Below, one piece after another: positions 29,165 through 42,071 of a stretch of 64,000 bases of DNA (its first letter is position 1; every line of letters begins with the position of its first letter). This stretch comes from Eledone cirrhosa. Lineage: Eukaryota. Below the pieces are notes generated by a model. It was not told the origin of the DNA. It made no database searches and saw only the letters and a list, made by a program, of their open reading frames with translations. The DNA lies in contig OZ024740.1 in the NCBI GenBank assembly GCA_964016885.1, positions 346,456,001 to 346,520,000 on the forward strand. The letters run 5' to 3'. The position numbers and the translations under genes were made by a program.

Positions 29165-29833
29165 AATGTAAATAATCACACTTAAACAGCTTTATTTGTT
29201 CTATACTATCTTAATATTTGCATATATTGAAAAGTTTGGTTCAGTTTTGTGGTCACAGCTAATAGTTTGCTTGGGTCATTGTATCACACTAATATATATT
29301 AGGAATATATAATCTCCATCTCCACGTCCTAGACAAATTCACTCAAAAACGCACATAAACACGCATGCGCGCGAACACTCACGCATACACACGCACACAC
29401 ATGCCTATGGACACCCATATAGATAAATCTATACGAATAAAGCTGACGGCCGTATGTATGTAACAAACTTTTCGCCAAACGGCTGAACCAAACAGTACCA
29501 AATTTGCACCATAGATGTAACTTCTTCCAATAAGAATGTGAGGGTATATTTTTCTATTAAATTTGGTTAAAAGATTAAAGATATTATTTAAATATTTACT
29601 TCTTTAAAATTTTCAAATGTCAACACTTCCGGTTATATGGCATTTTTCTCTATTTCTTAGTCTGTCTTTTTCGATAGATACATAGCTATAATGTCGCGCC
29701 TTTATAATATGTCTCTGTATGTCTGACTGCCTGCATTATGAAAAACATTGACTTCGCTATCTGTGCGTGTGTGTATATATGTATATACATATAGTGTGTA
29801 TATATATATATAGTGTATATATACATATATATG

Positions 29834-29924
<91 letters not shown>

Positions 29925-30002
29925 TTAGTATCATAAATAAGAGACAGTTTAATTTGTACATTTTATTACAGCATTCCTTTATACGTATATATACATATAT
30001 AT

Positions 30003-32363
30003 ATAGACTTAATTTTCAGCAATCACACTGACAATATCCACAATATTGCAGTGGAGAAAACTCTACTCTCTGATCATGACATGGTTCTCTGTGATCTGAG
30101 ATTCCACCGTCCAATATACAAACCCAATGTCATCTCTCCTGTCCATCCGTTTGACGCTATGGATTTCCACAATGCAAACTGGGAAGCGATCAGTCATGAT
30201 CTTGCACATGTCGACTGGTCCTTCACGCACACTCATACACCCACTAACATCAAAAAGTCCTGGCAGACATTTGTGGACACTGTTACAAACATATGTGCTA
30301 AACACACCCCATTAAGAACTATAAACAAATCTAAGAGCAGAATCCCTAGAAATAGAAAAACGCTCATCAGAAAAATTAAGAGAACGAACAAAAAAATCAA
30401 CAAGCTGAAATACTGTCAGCAGCAACACATCAACATCAACTTGACTGCCATTTCATCACTAGAGATTAAAAAACATAACCTCCAAAACAACATAATGTCC
30501 CTCATCAACAATCAGAGAAGAGCTGAAGAGGCCTGGGCCATTGAGAAGATCAAACTCAATCCCAAAGTGTTCTTTTCATTTGCAAAAAAACACAAAATCA
30601 CTGGCTCTACTGTTGGCCCTCTAATTGATGAAAATGGCACTCTTCAAGACAATGCTAAAACCATGGGTGAGATACTGCAGAAACAATACTGCTCTGTTTT
30701 CAGCAATCCTGATATGGCCGATCTGGGCTGTATCGGCGATGTTACTCCCCATTACACCTTATCGGACATAACGTTTGGCGCCCCTGATGTCTTGGCGGCA
30801 ATAAAGGAAATCAAGCATAATTCAGCAGTAGGTCCCGATAGGTTCCCTGCTTGTGTCTTGAAGGCGTGTCAACACCAACTTGCTTCTCCTCTTGCCAATC
30901 TGTGGCGGAACTCACTGGATGCTGGATATGTGCCAGAAAACCTTCTATCCCAGTCTGTTGTCCCAGTTTTCAAAAAGGGAAACAAATCCCTTGCCGTGAA
31001 TTACCGTCCAATCTCACTCACCTCTCATATCATTAAGGTATTTGAGCGAGTGGTGAGATCGCGAATGACCCACTTCCTTGAGAGTAACAATATGCTGAAC
31101 TCCAACCAGCATGGATTCCGTAATGGAAGGGATTGCCTGACGCAACTACTGCATCACTTTGATGACATTTTGAGAGCCTTGGGAGAGGGTTCCAACACTG
31201 ATGTTATCTACCTTGATTTCAGCAAGGCCTTTGACAGGGTTGATCATAACATTCTACTGAGAAAGCTGTCCAATATTGGTGTCACTGGAAAGCTGCTGCA
31301 GTGGATCAAGAGCTTCCTGTCAAACAGAACCCAACATGTTGTAGTTGAGGGAGTCAAATCAAGCCCAGCCAAAGTCAGTAGTGGAGTCCCACAAGGCACT
31401 GTGTTGGGCCCACTTCTCTTCATCATCTATATTAATGACATCACTGACATCATCAAACACAGCAACATTAAAATTTTCGCTGATGATTCCAAGCTCCAAA
31501 AGGTCATCAATGGCGTGGATGACCGGATAAGCCTTCAGTCAGACCTACTGGCTGTTACCCAATGGGCAGAAAAGAACAACATGTTACTGAACGAAGACAA
31601 ATTCGAACTGATCCACTTTGGAAAAGAGGATGCTCTGAAACTCCCGTACTCCCTTCCCTCCGGGGAAACTCTCGTGGCATCTAACAACATCAGAGACTTG
31701 GGAGTAACCGTGGACAGCAACATAAGCTGGACCACGCATATAAGCAGCAAAGTTGACATGGCCCGCAGAATGTGTTCCTGGATCCTCAGAACCTTCCAGT
31801 CGAGAGATTCCCGCACCATTATCCTTCTCTTCTCTACTTTCGCCCGACCACACCTTGAATACTGTTGTCCACTGTGGTCTCCCCACACGAAACAAAGTAT
31901 CATGAAACTTGAAGCTCCTCAAAGGGCAATCACGAAAAAGATAGATGGCATGTCAGACCTTGACTACTGGGGTCGATTGGAAAACCTGAAACTTTACTCA
32001 CTCCAACGTCGCCGTGAGCGTTATATTATCTGCATGATGTGGAAAATGTTCCATCATCACTGCCCAAATGATGTTGGCATCGCCTTCAAGATACACCCAA
32101 GGCTTGGGCCCCGTGCTATCCGTCCCATTCAAAAATCTAAATCGCAACTCGTAACAACAATACGGCACAATTATTTCACCTCAATCGGCCCTGCTCTCTT
32201 CAACATCACACCAGGACACGTCAAATCAGAAACTGACCACACAAAATTCAAGAAGTCTTTGGACAAATTGCTCCAAGTTATCCCGGACAAACCACCCACA
32301 CCCGGATATGTCTCCGCAAACAGTAATTCTCTTCTCGAATGGGCCATGGTGCCCAAATCCTGA
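30003..32363 (+). CDS. LINE ORF2 (APE C-terminal end plus complete reverse transcriptase), uninterrupted
   Basis: SDH; AVGPD; [18 protein letters not shown]; QHGFR; YLDFSKAFD; [20 protein letters not shown]; FADD; RDLGV; RPHLEY; SLQRRRER. No stop in more than 770 codons. Confidence 0.95.
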   Translation: MDLIFSNHTDNIHNIAVEKTLLSDHDMVLCDLRFHRPIYKPNVISPVHPFDAMDFHNANWEAISHDLAHVDWSFTHTHTPTNIKKSWQTFVDTVTNICAKHTPLRTINKSKSRIPRNRKTLIRKIKRTNKKINKLKYCQQQHININLTAISSLEIKKHNLQNNIMSLINNQRRAEEAWAIEKIKLNPKVFFSFAKKHKITGSTVGPLIDENGTLQDNAKTMGEILQKQYCSVFSNPDMADLGCIGDVTPHYTLSDITFGAPDVLAAIKEIKHNSAVGPDRFPACVLKACQHQLASPLANLWRNSLDAGYVPENLLSQSVVPVFKKGNKSLAVNYRPISLTSHIIKVFERVVRSRMTHFLESNNMLNSNQHGFRNGRDCLTQLLHHFDDILRALGEGSNTDVIYLDFSKAFDRVDHNILLRKLSNIGVTGKLLQWIKSFLSNRTQHVVVEGVKSSPAKVSSGVPQGTVLGPLLFIIYINDITDIIKHSNIKIFADDSKLQKVINGVDDRISLQSDLLAVTQWAEKNNMLLNEDKFELIHFGKEDALKLPYSLPSGETLVASNNIRDLGVTVDSNISWTTHISSKVDMARRMCSWILRTFQSRDSRTIILLFSTFARPHLEYCCPLWSPHTKQSIMKLEAPQRAITKKIDGMSDLDYWGRLENLKLYSLQRRRERYIICMMWKMFHHHCPNDVGIAFKIHPRLGPRAIRPIQKSKSQLVTTIRHNYFTSIGPALFNITPGHVKSETDHTKFKKSLDKLLQVIPDKPPTPGYVSANSNSLLEWAMVPKS

Positions 32364-32460
32364 ATTGAAAGACTTCGCCAGGTGGTGCTATTAAGTTAGA
32401 CATGGCCTGGGCCAATACTGGCCAAAACATTTCAAAGTTATTCAAAGTTATTCAAAGTTA
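30003..32460 (+). mobile_element. CR1/L2-group LINE, 5'-truncated, young copy
   Basis: Starts in the endonuclease C-terminus ([10 protein letters not shown]). Short 3' UTR and (TTCAAAGTTA)3 tail at 32431-32460. Inserted in TA-rich sequence. Confidence 0.95.
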
Positions 32461-32517
32461 TATATGTATGTATATACATACATAAACATGTTATTTACAG
32501 TTGTATAAAAAAGAAAC

Positions 32518-32580
32518 ATAATTGTTTCTACTTTTGGCACAAGGTCAGCAATTATTCTGGTACATTACTGGCACTTTATT
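32518..32580 (-). mobile_element. SINE family A 3' fragment
   Basis: aattgtttctacttttggcacaaggtcagcaatt. Confidence 0.75.
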
Positions 32581-32764
32581 ATATATAATATATATATAAT
32601 ACGACATCTCTCTCTCTTTTTTACTCTGTCTTTTTAGATAGATACATAGCTATAACGTCGCGCCCTTATACTATGTGTCGGTATGTCTGGCTGTCTGCAT
32701 TGACTTCGCTTCTAATCAACTTTTAATTAATTATATATATATCTATATAATTATATATTCGTGT

Positions 32765-33460
32765 ACATATTTTCAACAGTAATACTATACTATATATATT
32801 TAACAATAATACTGTACTATATATTTTCAACATTAATACTTTACTATACTGTATATTTTCAACTGTAATACTATACTATATATATTTAACAATAATGCTG
32901 TACTATATATTTTCAACAATAATACTATACTATATTTTTCAACAGTAATAATGTACTATACTATATATTTTCAACACTAATACTGTACTATACTATATAA
33001 TTTCAACAGTAATACTATACTATATGTTTTCAAAGTTATACTGTACTATATATTTCCAACAGTAATACTGTACTATACTATATATTTTCAACAGTAATAC
33101 TGTACCATATATTTTAAACAGCAATATTTTACTATATATTTTCAACAGTTATACTATACTATATATTTTCAACAGTAATACTGTACTGTACTATATATTT
33201 TCAAAAGTAATACCATACTATACTATATATTTTCAACAGTAATACTGTACTGTACTATATATTTTCAACAGTAATGCTATACTATACTATATATTTTCAA
33301 TAGTAATACTATACTATACTATATATTTTCAACAGTAATATTATACTATATATTTTCAACTGTAATACTATACTATATATTTTGAACAGTAATACTACAA
33401 TATACGATATGTTTTCAACAGTCATACTATATTATACTACATATTTTCAACAACAATACT
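32765..33460. repeat. Minisatellite, ~25-30-bp unit TATATTTTCAACAGTAATACTGTAC(TATAC), roughly 25 copies
   Basis: Seen directly. Confidence 0.95.
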
Positions 33461-33517
33461 ACACAGACGGATTATCGTCTGTTTATCCAAACGGAGCTAT
33501 ATATATATATATATATA

Positions 33518-34273
33518 TTTATACTTTGGGAGGGTCATGTTGCTAATAAGAAACACACGCACCAGAGTTTCACTCCAGTTTATTATAAATTAAATTTATA
33601 AATTTAAGAATTTATAAATTTCCGCTTTGTTGGTTGGTTCCACAACCAGACGGCTGTTCATATATTGTCAAAGTTCTTTCGTCACACATTATGTGACCTC
33701 TTCAGTGACTGGGGATTATTTTCTTTGTTTTGTGCCTCTCCTTTGTTCTGTCTTACGCCATCTTGTTTTTGTGTGTGTTGTGTGCTTAGTTTGCACGTGT
33801 ATTACATCCGGGTGTCTGTGTGTAATATTATTTGTTTATTTATTTGTTTATTTACATGTTACTGGTTGGTTGTTTGTTCTGTGTGTGTGTGTTTTCATTT
33901 AGTCCTTAATTGTAAGTTGTGATGTTGCTATTCCATTCCCGTTTTTTATTTAATTTTGGTTTGTGTTCATCTATGTTTATTGCCTCTGTGATTTGTCTAA
34001 ACATTGCGTCTTTTCTGTGTGTAGATTCTATTTTTATTTCTATGTTCTCTAATTTGCCCTTATGTTCTATTTTAGCATGTTGGTGGAGGATTGATGATAC
34101 TTTTTCATCTTGAAGTTCTCGCCAGTCTTCATTTAACCGTTCTCCTATACTACGAGCTGTCTCACCTATGTACACTATATTCTTATCTTTACATTGTCCT
34201 TCAGTATATCTTATGCTATATACTACATTTATAGTTTTACAGTTAATATTAACTGTAAAACTAGAAATGTAGT
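33518..34273 (-). mobile_element. Penelope-like family P2, copy A: GIY-YIG 3' end plus hammerhead pseudo-LTR
   Basis: VYIGETARSIGERLNE..HAKIEH..RQITEAINI..PKLNKKREW (33906-34250). Palindrome at the 5' truncation point. Confidence 0.9.
33667..33709 (-). ncRNA. Minimal type I hammerhead motif (P2 copy A)
   Basis: GTCA CTGAAGA G GTCACA-taatg-TGTGAC GAAA GAAC TT TGAC. Confidence 0.7.
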
Positions 34274-34288
34274 GTTCATGTATAATTG

Positions 34289-34361
<73 letters not shown>

Positions 34362-34886
34362 TCAGGTTATCAATAATGTAGTGATAATATATCGTTACGT
34401 TAGAGATGGACAGCGTACGTGCAGGTTTGCTCAACGAGTATAAATTATATTCCGGAGAAAATGTAGAAAGGATGAATATAAAATGAAAGTGCTTTTTTTA
34501 AAAAAGGAATTTATTAGGTATTGACATATGTTTCTGTAACAGACTGAATACCTATGTATCGCTGCTTGCGTAATCATATAATGTTAGCAAGTATTCGATA
34601 GCAAATGTATAATCAGTTGTCACTTCTTCAGAGATTTTGGTTAAATTGGATAGCATCAGAAAAATTGAAGTATTTATATTAGCAAAAGAGGAAGAAACAG
34701 AGGGGATAGTATATGACAGATGGTAAATTAATTTACTGCTAAACAAGTATATAATGGGTTTCTAATGAGAATACCATGAGTAAATCTAAATAAGAATTTT
34801 GGGAGTTCCAATTTTAATCTCTACTCGACCAACTGGACAGTGGACAGGGCTGGTCATTTGGTGCAGTAGTATTAATATATATTAAC

Positions 34887-34920
<34 letters not shown>

Positions 34921-34923
34921 GTT

Positions 34924-35021
<98 letters not shown>

Positions 35022-35244
35022 CGTCCCAAGGCTCTGATACCATCAATATAAATGTCCCCTCTGATACCATCAATATATATGTCCCAAGGCTCTGATACCA
35101 TCAACACTATAAACACAGGACTGGCATATCTAAGAACTGACTAACTGCCTGATGAGGTCATAGCCATTCAATGGCTATCATCTAAATATATATAGCAGTA
35201 AATAAAGGATTATTAGTTCATGCAATTGACTTATGTTTCGTCAC
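35022..35244 (+). mobile_element. ~220-bp (TA)n-flanked element with three ~30-bp repeats, a hammerhead motif and AATAAA
   Basis: gtcccaaggctctgataccatcaa x3; hammerhead at 35144-35199; aataaa at 35201. Confidence 0.7.
35144..35199 (+). ncRNA. Type I hammerhead motif with G12U substitution (probably inactive)
   Basis: ACTGC CTGATGA GGTcATAGCCATTcAATGGCTATcATC TAAA TATATA TA GCAGT. Confidence 0.65.
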
Positions 35245-35261
35245 TATATATATATATATAT

Positions 35262-35474
35262 ATTGTTATACTTTCGGAGGGTCATGCTGCGAATAAAAAC
35301 ACACGCATCTGTTTCTTTTCATTTCAGTTTGTTATAAATTTCCGTTTTGGCTGATTGGTTCGATAACCGGATGATTGTGTATATATTGTCCAAGCTCTTT
35401 CGTCAAACATTCTGTGACCCCCTCAGCGATTAGGGTTTTATTTTGTGTAACTCCTTCTTTCTGTCCTACACCAT
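35262..35474 (-). mobile_element. P2 pseudo-LTR copy B, diverged, with degenerate hammerhead at 35388-35429
   Basis: Aligns with 33518-33760. The core reads CTGAGGG. Confidence 0.8.
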
Positions 35475-35492
35475 CGAGTTAGAGAACGACAG

Positions 35493-35495
<3 letters not shown>

Positions 35496-35577
<82 letters not shown>
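35496..35577. repeat. (GA)n
   Basis: Seen directly. Confidence 0.98.
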
Positions 35578-35582
<5 letters not shown>

Positions 35583-36885
35583 TACTTATCGAGACGATTG
35601 TGTGATTTAAAATGTTCAATGTAGGAATCAAAGGAAGAAGTGATTGTAAAAATGTCGATAGTTATAGATAATAATAATGTCATAGAATAGGTTTAGTTCC
35701 CTTAGAGAGGGAGAAAAGTGGCCACCATACGCAGATGGCCGTTCAAGCTACTTAATTTATATCACTTCAGTATACCTTTTGTCCTACGTTTTGTTATGTA
35801 GTCATTGATCTCATATTAGAATAAGAAAATACTTGTCTGTCTGATTTGAGACTGCGCCCCCTGCACCATATTTGTGTTTACTATATCTTCACTCTTAACC
35901 TATCGTTCTTGACAGATAGCTATAATCCCCATATGAGCCGCGAAAAAACTCGTAGTAAATATTCAATAATTTTTGCCATTTTGTTGTTGTTGTTTACTGT
36001 ATACAGACATCTAAGCTTAACGCTGAATAGATGGACTAGCATACCTAGATTCAAATACGTCTAAATACAAAACAAGTTATTGTCATTTATATGTATGATA
36101 AGTTCAAACGATGTAGAAATTTCCTGAAGCATCATTTGAATAATCCAAACTGCAACAATATTAGATTACACAAAAGCGAAAAATTCATTTCCTTTGTTAT
36201 ACTTCTTCAATTTAGCAAGTCCTGGTTTCCAAAGAAGTATTTGGCCGGGGTGAAAGTATAAGGAGTAAGGGACAGAAGGAGATATCGTAGAACAACATTC
36301 AGTCATTTTGTTTGAGTTGATATTACATACAATGTTTTAGAAAAATAGTCCAGAAGACATATGGAATAGCTTGCCCATTGAATCTATTTAATCTCATAGA
36401 TTTGCAGTATCTAATTCGTATTTTGAGGAAACAAAAATAGGTTTCAATTCATACATAGCTTCCTATCATTTCAGTAGAACCGTTGTAATAAACATCTGGA
36501 AAAGTAGATGTGTAGACTATTGAGAAACAGACAAGAAATCACAGAAATTTAACTTAAAATACGAATTGTGTGTGCAGTTTGCATTCACGTTCAATCTTCG
36601 TTATTGAGGCTGAACTTTCAGTAAGATTTTGTCGCACATTTTTTAAAATTATTATTTTCATATAAAAATGTTTCACTTTGTGACCCAGAGGCATTAAAGA
36701 ATGGTATGTGCTTGTTATTGAAATGGCACCACTATATTACATTATGTCAGAAATTCCATTTTTAATTAAACTGCACCTCTTCAATTGTGTCTAAAAGAAG
36801 TGTTATATACAGGACCAATGTTATAAAAATACGGTATTCGCTACAGAGTTAAACATATTTTACTCACTCACCGAAAAAGACATTT

Positions 36886-37223
<338 letters not shown>

Positions 37224-37624
37224 ACGATGTTTGCTACAAAACAGCTGGATACATACATGTATTTAAATTTTGTATATCGATTAATATACGAAATGTTTAT
37301 GAATAAACATTTGGAAGCCTTTAGCTATGAATGTTAAAGGTGATGACTTGATGGCTTATATGAGTACCAATATGAGTTGAAAAAGGGTGCCTAACATTCA
37401 CAACGGCCACATGGCCAGAAATATATGCCGGTTGCTTACACCTTGCTTCTGCTGTAACAAGGTAGTTGGCGTCAGTCAGCATTAATAATATATGTGGTGT
37501 ATATCCAGTGAAACTATGCATAAGCATCTGAAAATCTCAGGCCAGGGCAAACAGTTTGTGGGTAACCAGCAATCACGTAATCATATGATTCCCACACAGA
37601 TTTGCAAAATTGTCATCATTATTA

Positions 37625-37812
37625 GTGGATTGGCAATATTGGTAGAGGGTCGGATGCCATGCTTTGACGCATAGAGTTACGGCCCTTGCCATTCTGAGTT
37701 CAAATCCCGCCAAGGTTAACTTTGCCTTTCATCCTTACGGGGTCGATAAAATAAAGTACCAGTAATGCACTGAGTAATTGCTGGCCTTTTGCTAAAAATA
37801 GAAACAATTATT
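37625..37812 (+). mobile_element. SINE family A, full length
   Basis: Head, B-box gagttcaaatccc, central domain and tail. TSD-like attattag on both sides. Confidence 0.92.
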
Positions 37813-38119
37813 AGAATGTGTCCAAATTGCCTGGCTCTAGCGGTATGTTGGATGCTCGGCAATATGTCTTTCAGTGAGTGATCATTTTATTTCTGGAGGA
37901 TGTGCTGCCTCTGCCTGTTTGGTGTTTAGTCGAATACCTCAGTAGTTCAGCATTAGCAGCCAGCAGCTGGGGACATACAGCTATCACTGTTACTGCAAAT
38001 TTTGTTGTAGTCGTTTTTTTCGATGATACTCTTATTTTTGTTTTATGAATTTGTTGTATTTTTCTGTTGTATATTGCCGACTGCTGCAAGTCACGAATGA
38101 TATTCTGTGCTGCGAATAA

Positions 38120-38811
38120 GACACTCGTCCGCTCAAAAACCTATGCAGTCCACTCTATGTGTGAGTTCAAGTGAAGCAAGTGGAGAAGTTTAAATCGATC
38201 GGAGCCCTGTTCACGAGTGACAGAACTTAGGCTGAATTCAATGCCGGAATTGCAGGCGATTTTGCGTTATGCGCCAGGTTCAGCATTCGTTGATCGGAAT
38301 AAGGGAGGTAGGTGTAAAAGACAAACTTTCTCTCTTCAATATACATGCCAGCCCTTATCTAGGGTAATGCATTTTGGGTAGTGAGCGATAGAATGAGATC
38401 CTGAATCCAAGCAGCTGTAATGGTGCTCCTTCGAGTGACGTTTCTCAATATAGTGCGTTCAAATAGAAGCGCTTATTCTACCAATTGAGAGATCTAAGTT
38501 TCAAAACTACGGACACGTGTTTAGAATGTTTGAGGGAAAAAATCGCCAGAGAGATTTTGCGGACAAAACCAAGTGGCAGGAGTCCTGTGTTAAACTTCCT
38601 AACAATATCGTTGCATTATACGTATGAGCTTGGCTGGCCGCGATTGGAGATCAAGAAGAGGAAAAAGAAGAAGAAGAAGAAGAAGAAGAAGAAGAAGAAG
38701 GAGGAGGGGGAGAAGGAGAAGAAGAAGAAGAAGAAGAAGAAGAAGAAGAAGAAGAAGAAGAAGAAGAAGAAGAAGAAGAAGAAGAAGAAGAAGAAGAAGA
38801 AGAAGAAGAAG
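38120..38811 (+). mobile_element. RTE-clade LINE 3' fragment ending in (GAA)n
   Basis: VKQVEKFKSIGALFTSD..KLSLF..WVVSDRMRS.IQAAVMVLLR..KPSGRSP, followed by a ~150-bp (GAA)n tail. Confidence 0.7.
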
Positions 38812-39272
38812 AGTGACATTAAATGTTTTCAAAATATTAGAAACATAATGTATAATATCAGGTCGAGTTCAAACTACTGGTAACATGTAGTCCAATACAA
38901 CTAGTTAATTGATTGGCTCTTCAGCAACGATGAACAGTGTGATTCTTGAACAACTACAAATATATATTACAAAACACCTCAAAATGCGGAGGTTCTACGT
39001 GGAGTCAACGGCCATTTAATACTGTGTTAAAAGCGTTTGACACTGTCTAAAGAAAGATCACTCTGATTTTAAAACCAGCGTTTTTTGTTTCCTTTGTAAC
39101 TTTTCTGACATCCTTTCTGTGGCTAGCTAGACGTCGTAAATTCCTACAGTAACAGTGATTGGAAATATTACTATTTTCTGCTTTTATGTTTTCATTTTAT
39201 ACTTTTTGGAAGTAAGAAACTCCCAACAAAACTTCTCTTTGGAGCGCAGATTTGAATAATCAAAATCGTATG

Positions 39273-39390
<118 letters not shown>

Positions 39391-40462
39391 TGACAGGCAC
39401 ACATACATACACACATACTCCCACACATTCACGCACTCTCTTTCTCTTCCCCCATATATATATATATAATATATATAAATGCATATAACTGATATACGAG
39501 ATTATGGACAGAAAGAGGGCGTGCGTTTGTGTTTATTAAAATTTCAACAATTAAACATGACATAAATGTTTGCAGAGAAGGGGCTATTATGATGGAACAA
39601 TGGAGGAATAAATTAATATATGTAGGTTGTGGGAATTAGCATCAGTGAGGGCCCTGCACTAACCAACACACACTCTAAATAAATAACATACTTTATATTA
39701 CAATGCTTAATTATGGGTGTTTGAACTATAAAAACATCAAGTTGTCTATCTACTTTTTGTTTACTTTTTCTCTATCTAACTGTTTCTCTCGTACTCTCTC
39801 TCTCTCTCTCTTTCTTTCTCTCGATCTACCTTCTTATATAATTATATATGTATTTGTCTGCCTGTCTGTCTGTATGTCTCTCCAGTTATCTCTATCCCTC
39901 TCGTCATGTATATATGTATGTATGACAGATAGAGAGAGTGAGAGAGAGAGAGATTGAGAGAGACCACGGTCGGGATTTTACGGGATATAACCACTCTGCA
40001 TCTCCACATACATTGAGTACTCCCATGATTAGTTGTCTTCTCGGTCGCAGCCGCGCCAGACTCTATCTGTCTCTCTCAAACTTTCTCTCTATGTTCGGCG
40101 AATTTGATACTGCAGCTACAATAAACATTTAGCGTATTACAAACAATGTGGTCTGGGTAATAAATGATTTGTATGAATTAATCGTTTTTCCTTTGTTCAT
40201 GTATTGGTCTCTTTCCGCTGATTCTATACATTCAAACATTCTATCTCTAATTTTGATTGCTACTGATTATAGAAAGTATGTAGGAATCTCCTTGAATATG
40301 ATTCAAATGTAAGTAGAATGAATTACAGCGGTGATCGCGTGACCAGAAGAAATACGAAGATGCTAGCATCTATATATACAATGTTGCAATCAAAGATTAT
40401 TTGAAATAAATATTAATTTATCATAGGACCCACAGGTTACATATATATATATATATATATAT

Positions 40463-41326
40463 GAAAAGATTAAGGACCCCGACCGACGGCTGAGCTCCGG
40501 CCGTTTCGACAGCTAGATCCGAACCGGCCGAAGCCTAGCCGTCAGGGTCCTGAATATTTTCCTATTACCCACTCTACTACACCAAGTATCGAGTACTATG
40601 GTGCATTATAGTCCACCTGGTATCTTACCACATCCTCTCCATTGAGCGCTTGCCGCATATCTTGAAGATTGCGTTTCGCTTTGTTTTGGGCCACCGCCGA
40701 GATACGATCTGGCTGAAATTATATTTGTATTAATCTCCCGGGCCTAACAATTAATTAGTTAATTCTATTAGACAATTCTATTGATTAATTATTTGCTTAA
40801 GTTTATTTAAAAACTTATTTCGATTTGTGCAGTTTTGTGCAATTCTTGCAATACGTTTACACATTTTCAATGCATCCGCCAAAAACCGGGGTTACCTCTC
40901 TGCAGGGTAAACACGTGGGGTAGTCACACCACCATTACTACTGAATTGGAACCCGCTGGCCGACTGAGAACAAAATACCTGTTGACGAAATGGCAGCCTT
41001 GTTCGATCGTTATACCAAAAGCTTACAATGAAAGAAGGCAGTATAATTGATATACGTGTCACAGAAACCTCCCACTGAAATCTACCAACAATTTCCAGGA
41101 GGTCCAGGTAAATTCTTTTGTTAACCTGTTTAGCTTGCTTCGGTTTTTTGGCTCCGTTGGCTGAGGGCTTCACGACCACCGTTTTCATTTTGTAAGGCCT
41201 CTATAACGTATGTTAATTGCTCTGGTCTTCTTTTAGTCCATTGAGCGCTTGCCGCATATCCCGAAGATTGCGTTTCGCTTTGTTTTTGGCCACCGCCGAA
41301 ATACGATCTCACTGAAATTATATTTG

Positions 41327-41329
<3 letters not shown>
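40463..41329. mobile_element. Unclassified (TA)n-flanked element with a ~99-nt GC-rich terminal hairpin and a 93-bp direct repeat
   Basis: Hairpin at 40463-40561. Direct repeat at 40638-40730 and 41237-41329. Related fragment at 47673-47760 (minus strand). Confidence 0.65.
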
Positions 41330-41360
<31 letters not shown>

Positions 41361-41363
<3 letters not shown>

Positions 41364-41686
41364 TGTTATACTTTGGGAGGGTCGTGTTGCCAATAAGAAA
41401 CACACGCACCAGTTGTTTCACTTCAATTTATTCTAATAAATTTATAATAAATTTATAAATTTATAAATTTCTGGTTGGTTGGTTGGTTCCACAACCAAAT
41501 AGTTGTTTATATATTGTCATAGTTCTTTCGTCACACACTCTCTGACCTCTTCAGTGACTGGGGATTCCTTTCTTTGTTTCTGTGCCTCTCCTTTGTTCTG
41601 TCCTACGCCGTTTTGTTTTAAAAGTATAACAATATCGGTTTCAACACACGATTTCAGATAAAGAATATTGCTAAACAAATTCAGAA

Positions 41687-41688
<2 letters not shown>
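41361..41688 (-). mobile_element. P2 pseudo-LTR copy C with inverted terminal segment
   Basis: 41361-41619 aligns with copy A. 41621-41688 is the reverse complement of 48703-48770. Confidence 0.88.
41516..41558 (-). ncRNA. Minimal type I hammerhead motif (P2 copy C), intact core, CUA triplet
   Basis: GTCA CTGAAGA G GTCA-gagagtgtg-TGAC GAAA GAAC TA TGAC. Confidence 0.68.
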
Positions 41689-41748
<60 letters not shown>

Positions 41749-42071
41749 AGATAAAAAAATGCGTACAGTAAAAAAAAGTAATATTGTTGGAATATAAACC
41801 TTTAAAAATACAGGACAAGAAACTAAAATAAAACTTTAAAAGAATAGGACAAGAAACTAAGATAAAACTTTAAAGAATTGGACAAGAAATAAAAAAATGT
41901 TACAATAATATTAGTGGCAAAATTTTTATTGGTAAAAAATCGAGTTCCACATTCATAGGCTCTGGGTTCCACATTCAGAGGTCGTCGTCAGACCGGGGGC
42001 ATCATTTGATCCTGGTTTGAACACCAATTGGGCCATAACCATACCCCTATTTCATCATTTGGCGACACGCC

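Larger units (their letters stand above)
29428..33500 (+). mobile_element. Putative non-autonomous Helitron-like element hosting a nested LINE and a minisatellite
   Basis: 5' A|TCTATACGAATAAAG..AAACGGCTGAACC; 3' hairpin acagacg-gattat-cgtctgt (33463-33482) 14 nt before CTAT. Duplicated internal ~95-bp block at 29660-29758 and 32615-32710. Confidence 0.45.

Noticed and set aside
32765-33460. Regular array considered as CRISPR-like
   Set aside because: No unique spacers; it is an ordinary eukaryotic minisatellite.
38880-38930. Minus-strand CTGAAGA followed by a ccaat/attgg stem
   Set aside because: No GAAA and no stem I partner.
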